From Candidatus Poribacteria bacterium (GTDB taxonomy: Bacteria; Poribacteria; WGA-4E; WGA-3G): a stretch of DNA of 64,000 nucleotides. Both the position numbers and the translations under genes were made by a program. Position 1 is the first letter of the stretch; each line of letters opens with the position of its first letter. The notes below the pieces were generated by a model. The model did not search any database, was not told the DNA's origin, and saw only the letters and a list, made by a program, of their open reading frames with translations. This document shows positions 61,113 to 64,000 of the stretch, piece after piece. Where the stretch lies: positions 416,147-480,146 of the forward strand of contig CBDBFU010000014.1 in NCBI GenBank assembly GCA_965205025.1, read 5' to 3'.

Positions 61113-62974
61113 TAACGCTATCAAAAGTATATAATCAAGGTGATAAAGATTTGACTAATAATAACATACAAAGACGATTACTATCTTATATTACACCATA
61201 CAACGGATCTATTGCTATAGCAATGGCTTTTACCTTGATAGTGTCAATCTGTGAATTAGGAAGTATGCAAATCTTCGCTGATACCCTTAATGCCTTAAAA
61301 GCACTTGAAGGGTATCGACAGTCCGTACAACCGGTAGTATTCCAACTTTTTCATCACGAAGATTTTTTTGAAGGGTATGAAATTACATTTACCAATGTTA
61401 GTACTGCTATTCGCTTCTTTTTAGGTTTATTAGGCGGAGCAATTGGTTTAGTTTTTATTAAAGGTATTTTCGTATACTGGAGCGATTTCCTTATGGAGCG
61501 AGTCGGAAATAAAGTAAGCTTTCATATTAGGAATGAACTTTATGGAAAAATAATAAATGCCCCTCTTAGTATTCTCACAGAACACCATAGTGGCGATGTG
61601 ATGACACGTGTCACCGAAGATGTACGGATACTACAACAAGCTGTGGCGTCTACTGCATCCATCATGCGTGCTATAATTAGGGTGACTGTATTCCTTTCAT
61701 TTCTGTTATATAAGAGCATACAAATGACTGCTTTATCACTGCTTATTCTACCCTTGATTGCTTATCTTATCTCAAGGATTGGAACACAAGTTCGGAAAGC
61801 AAGTACAGAAATACAGGAACGTAGTTCTGATATTTACACACAACTAAAGGAAACCTTATCAGGTATTAACATTATTAAGAGTTTTACTGCGGAAAATGTA
61901 GAAATTGAAAGGTTCAAATCAACGACATCTGATCAATATAATTCCGCTATACGTCGTGCAAGGTTTGCTTCACTCCTTCCACCTGTTATTGATTGGATGG
62001 CAGCTATAGGAAGTGCCACTGTCTTTGGACTGGGGTGTTGGCAGGTAATTGATGGTAAATTAGATATCGGTTGGTTTGCAGCTTATATTTTAATGGTTGG
62101 TTTAATGTTCAAACCCATCAAAACAATAGGGAGTGTGAATAATGTTCTACAACAAAGTGTCGCTTCTGCTGAACGTGTCTTCCTCGTCGCTGATTTTGAG
62201 CAGGAACAACATCATATTATAAAACGGAAGGTAGAACTTAAAAACATTGAAGGTAATGTAGAATTCCAAAACGTTACTTTTTCTTATGATAGCAGTGTTG
62301 TAATCAATGATATAAGCTATAAAGTTGATTCTGGTGAAGTAATTGCACTTGTTGGGCACAGTGGCAGTGGTAAAACAACTTTGGTAAACTTACTTCAAGG
62401 ATTCTATACCCCAGATTCAGGGAACATATATATTGACAATACTCCGATTAACCAAGTCTCTTTGAAATCATTAAGACAGAATATCGCTCTTGTACCACAA
62501 GAGACATTTCTTTTTGATGGCACTGTACTTGAAAACATACAATATGGTTCGAACAAATCTACCCGAACAGATGTCATTAATGCTGCTATCAAGGCTAATG
62601 CAGATGGATTCATTAGGAAGATGTCTAATGGATATGATACCTCAATAGGTGAGGCAGGAGGTTATCTATCTGGAGGTGAAAAGCAACGGATTTCTATTGC
62701 TCGAGCAATTTTGAAAAATGCCCCTATTCTTGTACTCGATGAGGCAACTTCATCACTTGATTCACACTCAGAAGCAATAATTCAAGAATCTTTATCGAAT
62801 TTGATGGAAGGTAGAACCAGTTTTGTTATTGCACACCGTCTAACGACTGTTATGGGAGCAGATAAAATAATGGTCATTAACAATGGGAAAATCGCTGAAG
62901 CTGGGACACATGATTCACTGCTGGCTAAAGACGGTATATATAGGAAATTATGTGAACAACAAATTTTTGCATAA
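61109..62974 (+). CDS. ABC exporter, MsbA-like (TMD+NBD)
   Basis: TMD, GHSGSGKTT, LSGGEKQR, LDEATS, IAHRL. Confidence 0.9.
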   Translation: MITLSKVYNQGDKDLTNNNIQRRLLSYITPYNGSIAIAMAFTLIVSICELGSMQIFADTLNALKALEGYRQSVQPVVFQLFHHEDFFEGYEITFTNVSTAIRFFLGLLGGAIGLVFIKGIFVYWSDFLMERVGNKVSFHIRNELYGKIINAPLSILTEHHSGDVMTRVTEDVRILQQAVASTASIMRAIIRVTVFLSFLLYKSIQMTALSLLILPLIAYLISRIGTQVRKASTEIQERSSDIYTQLKETLSGINIIKSFTAENVEIERFKSTTSDQYNSAIRRARFASLLPPVIDWMAAIGSATVFGLGCWQVIDGKLDIGWFAAYILMVGLMFKPIKTIGSVNNVLQQSVASAERVFLVADFEQEQHHIIKRKVELKNIEGNVEFQNVTFSYDSSVVINDISYKVDSGEVIALVGHSGSGKTTLVNLLQGFYTPDSGNIYIDNTPINQVSLKSLRQNIALVPQETFLFDGTVLENIQYGSNKSTRTDVINAAIKANADGFIRKMSNGYDTSIGEAGGYLSGGEKQRISIARAILKNAPILVLDEATSSLDSHSEAIIQESLSNLMEGRTSFVIAHRLTTVMGADKIMVINNGKIAEAGTHDSLLAKDGIYRKLCEQQIFA

Positions 62975-63353
62975 AATTCCAGATTCTGGTGTGACTATTA
63001 AGTAACGTAGAACCCTGTGATTCGTAATTTGGTAGAAGAATCCTAAGGATTCACTAAGCCTTAGTAGGTAGGGTTTCTAACCAGGGTGAATCACATAAAG
63101 AGATTCGACGTTGATTTAGATAGTAAATTGACCATTATGGACGGTTTCTAACCACGGAAATTAATTAACTGTGATATGTCCTAATAACCTTTAAATAGTC
63201 AACTGTAAACTAATTCGATATTTAATCGTCACATACTATTGCAAGGCAAAATATCGTAGTCAAACGCGTGGTTAATATTATATAAAGGATATGTCCTAAC
63301 AATAAATTGTTAGGGTAGTGGGTATTCTCTTTTGTTAGAAATACCTGTTTCAA

Positions 63354-63941
63354 TTAATTTCTGCCTTGTTTTGTTATTGCACCTTCAAGATCAGATTCAC
63401 GGTAGATAGCTTCAGATAGGTCTACTTCATATAGATATGCACCTTTGAAATTTGCTCCGAGTAGGACGATTCCATTTAACTTTATTTCACCAAATATCGC
63501 TTCTTCAAGGTTAGCATTTTCGAAAGTTGTTAAATTTCCAAAAGGTGCTGTTGGAATACATTTTGGACATCCAAGAGTTGCTCTTCGTAAATCTGCACCA
63601 CGAAAATTAGTGCCTGAGAGTAGACTCCCACTTAAAAAAGCACCAAATAAATTAGCGTTTTCTAATGTGGTTTCTGTCAGGTTAGCACCAACTAAGTAAG
63701 TTCTTAATAGTACGGCGTCTGATAAATCTGCCCCTTCAAGGTTAGCGTCATTAAGATTTCCGTCTGTTAAATTGCTGTTTTTAAAGGTTGCTCCACTTAA
63801 ATTGGCACCAGAGAAATCAATTCCAACTAACGATTGGTTGGATAAATCAATATTTGATAGGTCTTCGTTTGAAAATGTATCACCAGATTGAAAACGTTGT
63901 AAAACATCATTGTTCGAATTTTCTTGCATAGATTCCTCCAT
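63354..63941 (-). CDS. Pentapeptide repeat protein
   Basis: A(D/N)L.. pentapeptides throughout; GGAGG RBS before MQEN suggests the later start. Confidence 0.85.
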   Translation of the reverse strand: MEESMQENSNNDVLQRFQSGDTFSNEDLSNIDLSNQSLVGIDFSGANLSGATFKNSNLTDGNLNDANLEGADLSDAVLLRTYLVGANLTETTLENANLFGAFLSGSLLSGTNFRGADLRRATLGCPKCIPTAPFGNLTTFENANLEEAIFGEIKLNGIVLLGANFKGAYLYEVDLSEAIYRESDLEGAITKQGRN

Positions 63942-64000
63942 TTAATTGAATTAAACGTAGATGAGAGATTAGAATTTAGATAGTAATTACATTAAGAAAT

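Noticed and set aside
62990-63310. Hairpin-rich intergenic region as an ncRNA
   Set aside because: The short palindromes and GGTTTCTAACC repeats look like decayed REP remnants between convergent genes; no coherent structure supported.

Overview
AT-rich bacterial chromosome window. The repeat families and TPR/NHL-rich gene set resemble Candidatus Poribacteria (inference only). Housekeeping and metabolic genes occupy about 1-22.5 kb (nadB, slt, gatB, potA-like, pgl, uronate isomerase, secG-tpiA-gap) and 46-64 kb (polysaccharide export/synthesis, secA, sppA, Clp1-like kinase, MsbA-like exporter). They flank an all-minus-strand accessory/defence region at about 22.7-46 kb. That region holds a PLD-SNF2 helicase, a RelE/HigB-type TA pair, a large Eco57I/TaqI-like N6-MTase, a GNAT-PIN plus ASCH pair, a Doc toxin, two PIN toxins and several TPR proteins. 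Main observations: (1) two adjacent TPR-array proteins share a C-terminal cap and then end in different antitoxin-like tails (UPF0175-like; Phd-like helix), each directly followed by the matching toxin type (DUF3368 PIN; Doc), a candidate modular 'TPR sensor-antitoxin + toxin' system. (2) A SelW/Rdx-family selenoprotein gene (CxxU, in-frame UGA, SECIS-like hairpin, own promoter and terminator) at 13823-14053 is missing from the ORF track. (3) A GC-rich, hairpin-rich candidate ncRNA lies between inverted REPs at about 20.3-20.5 kb. (4) There are nested MITEs, GTAG-type REPs and 31-bp inverted repeats bracketing about 15 kb of the defence region. No rRNA, tRNA, CRISPR array, transposase or integrase was recognised. 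All family assignments come from motif recognition by eye, not from database searches.
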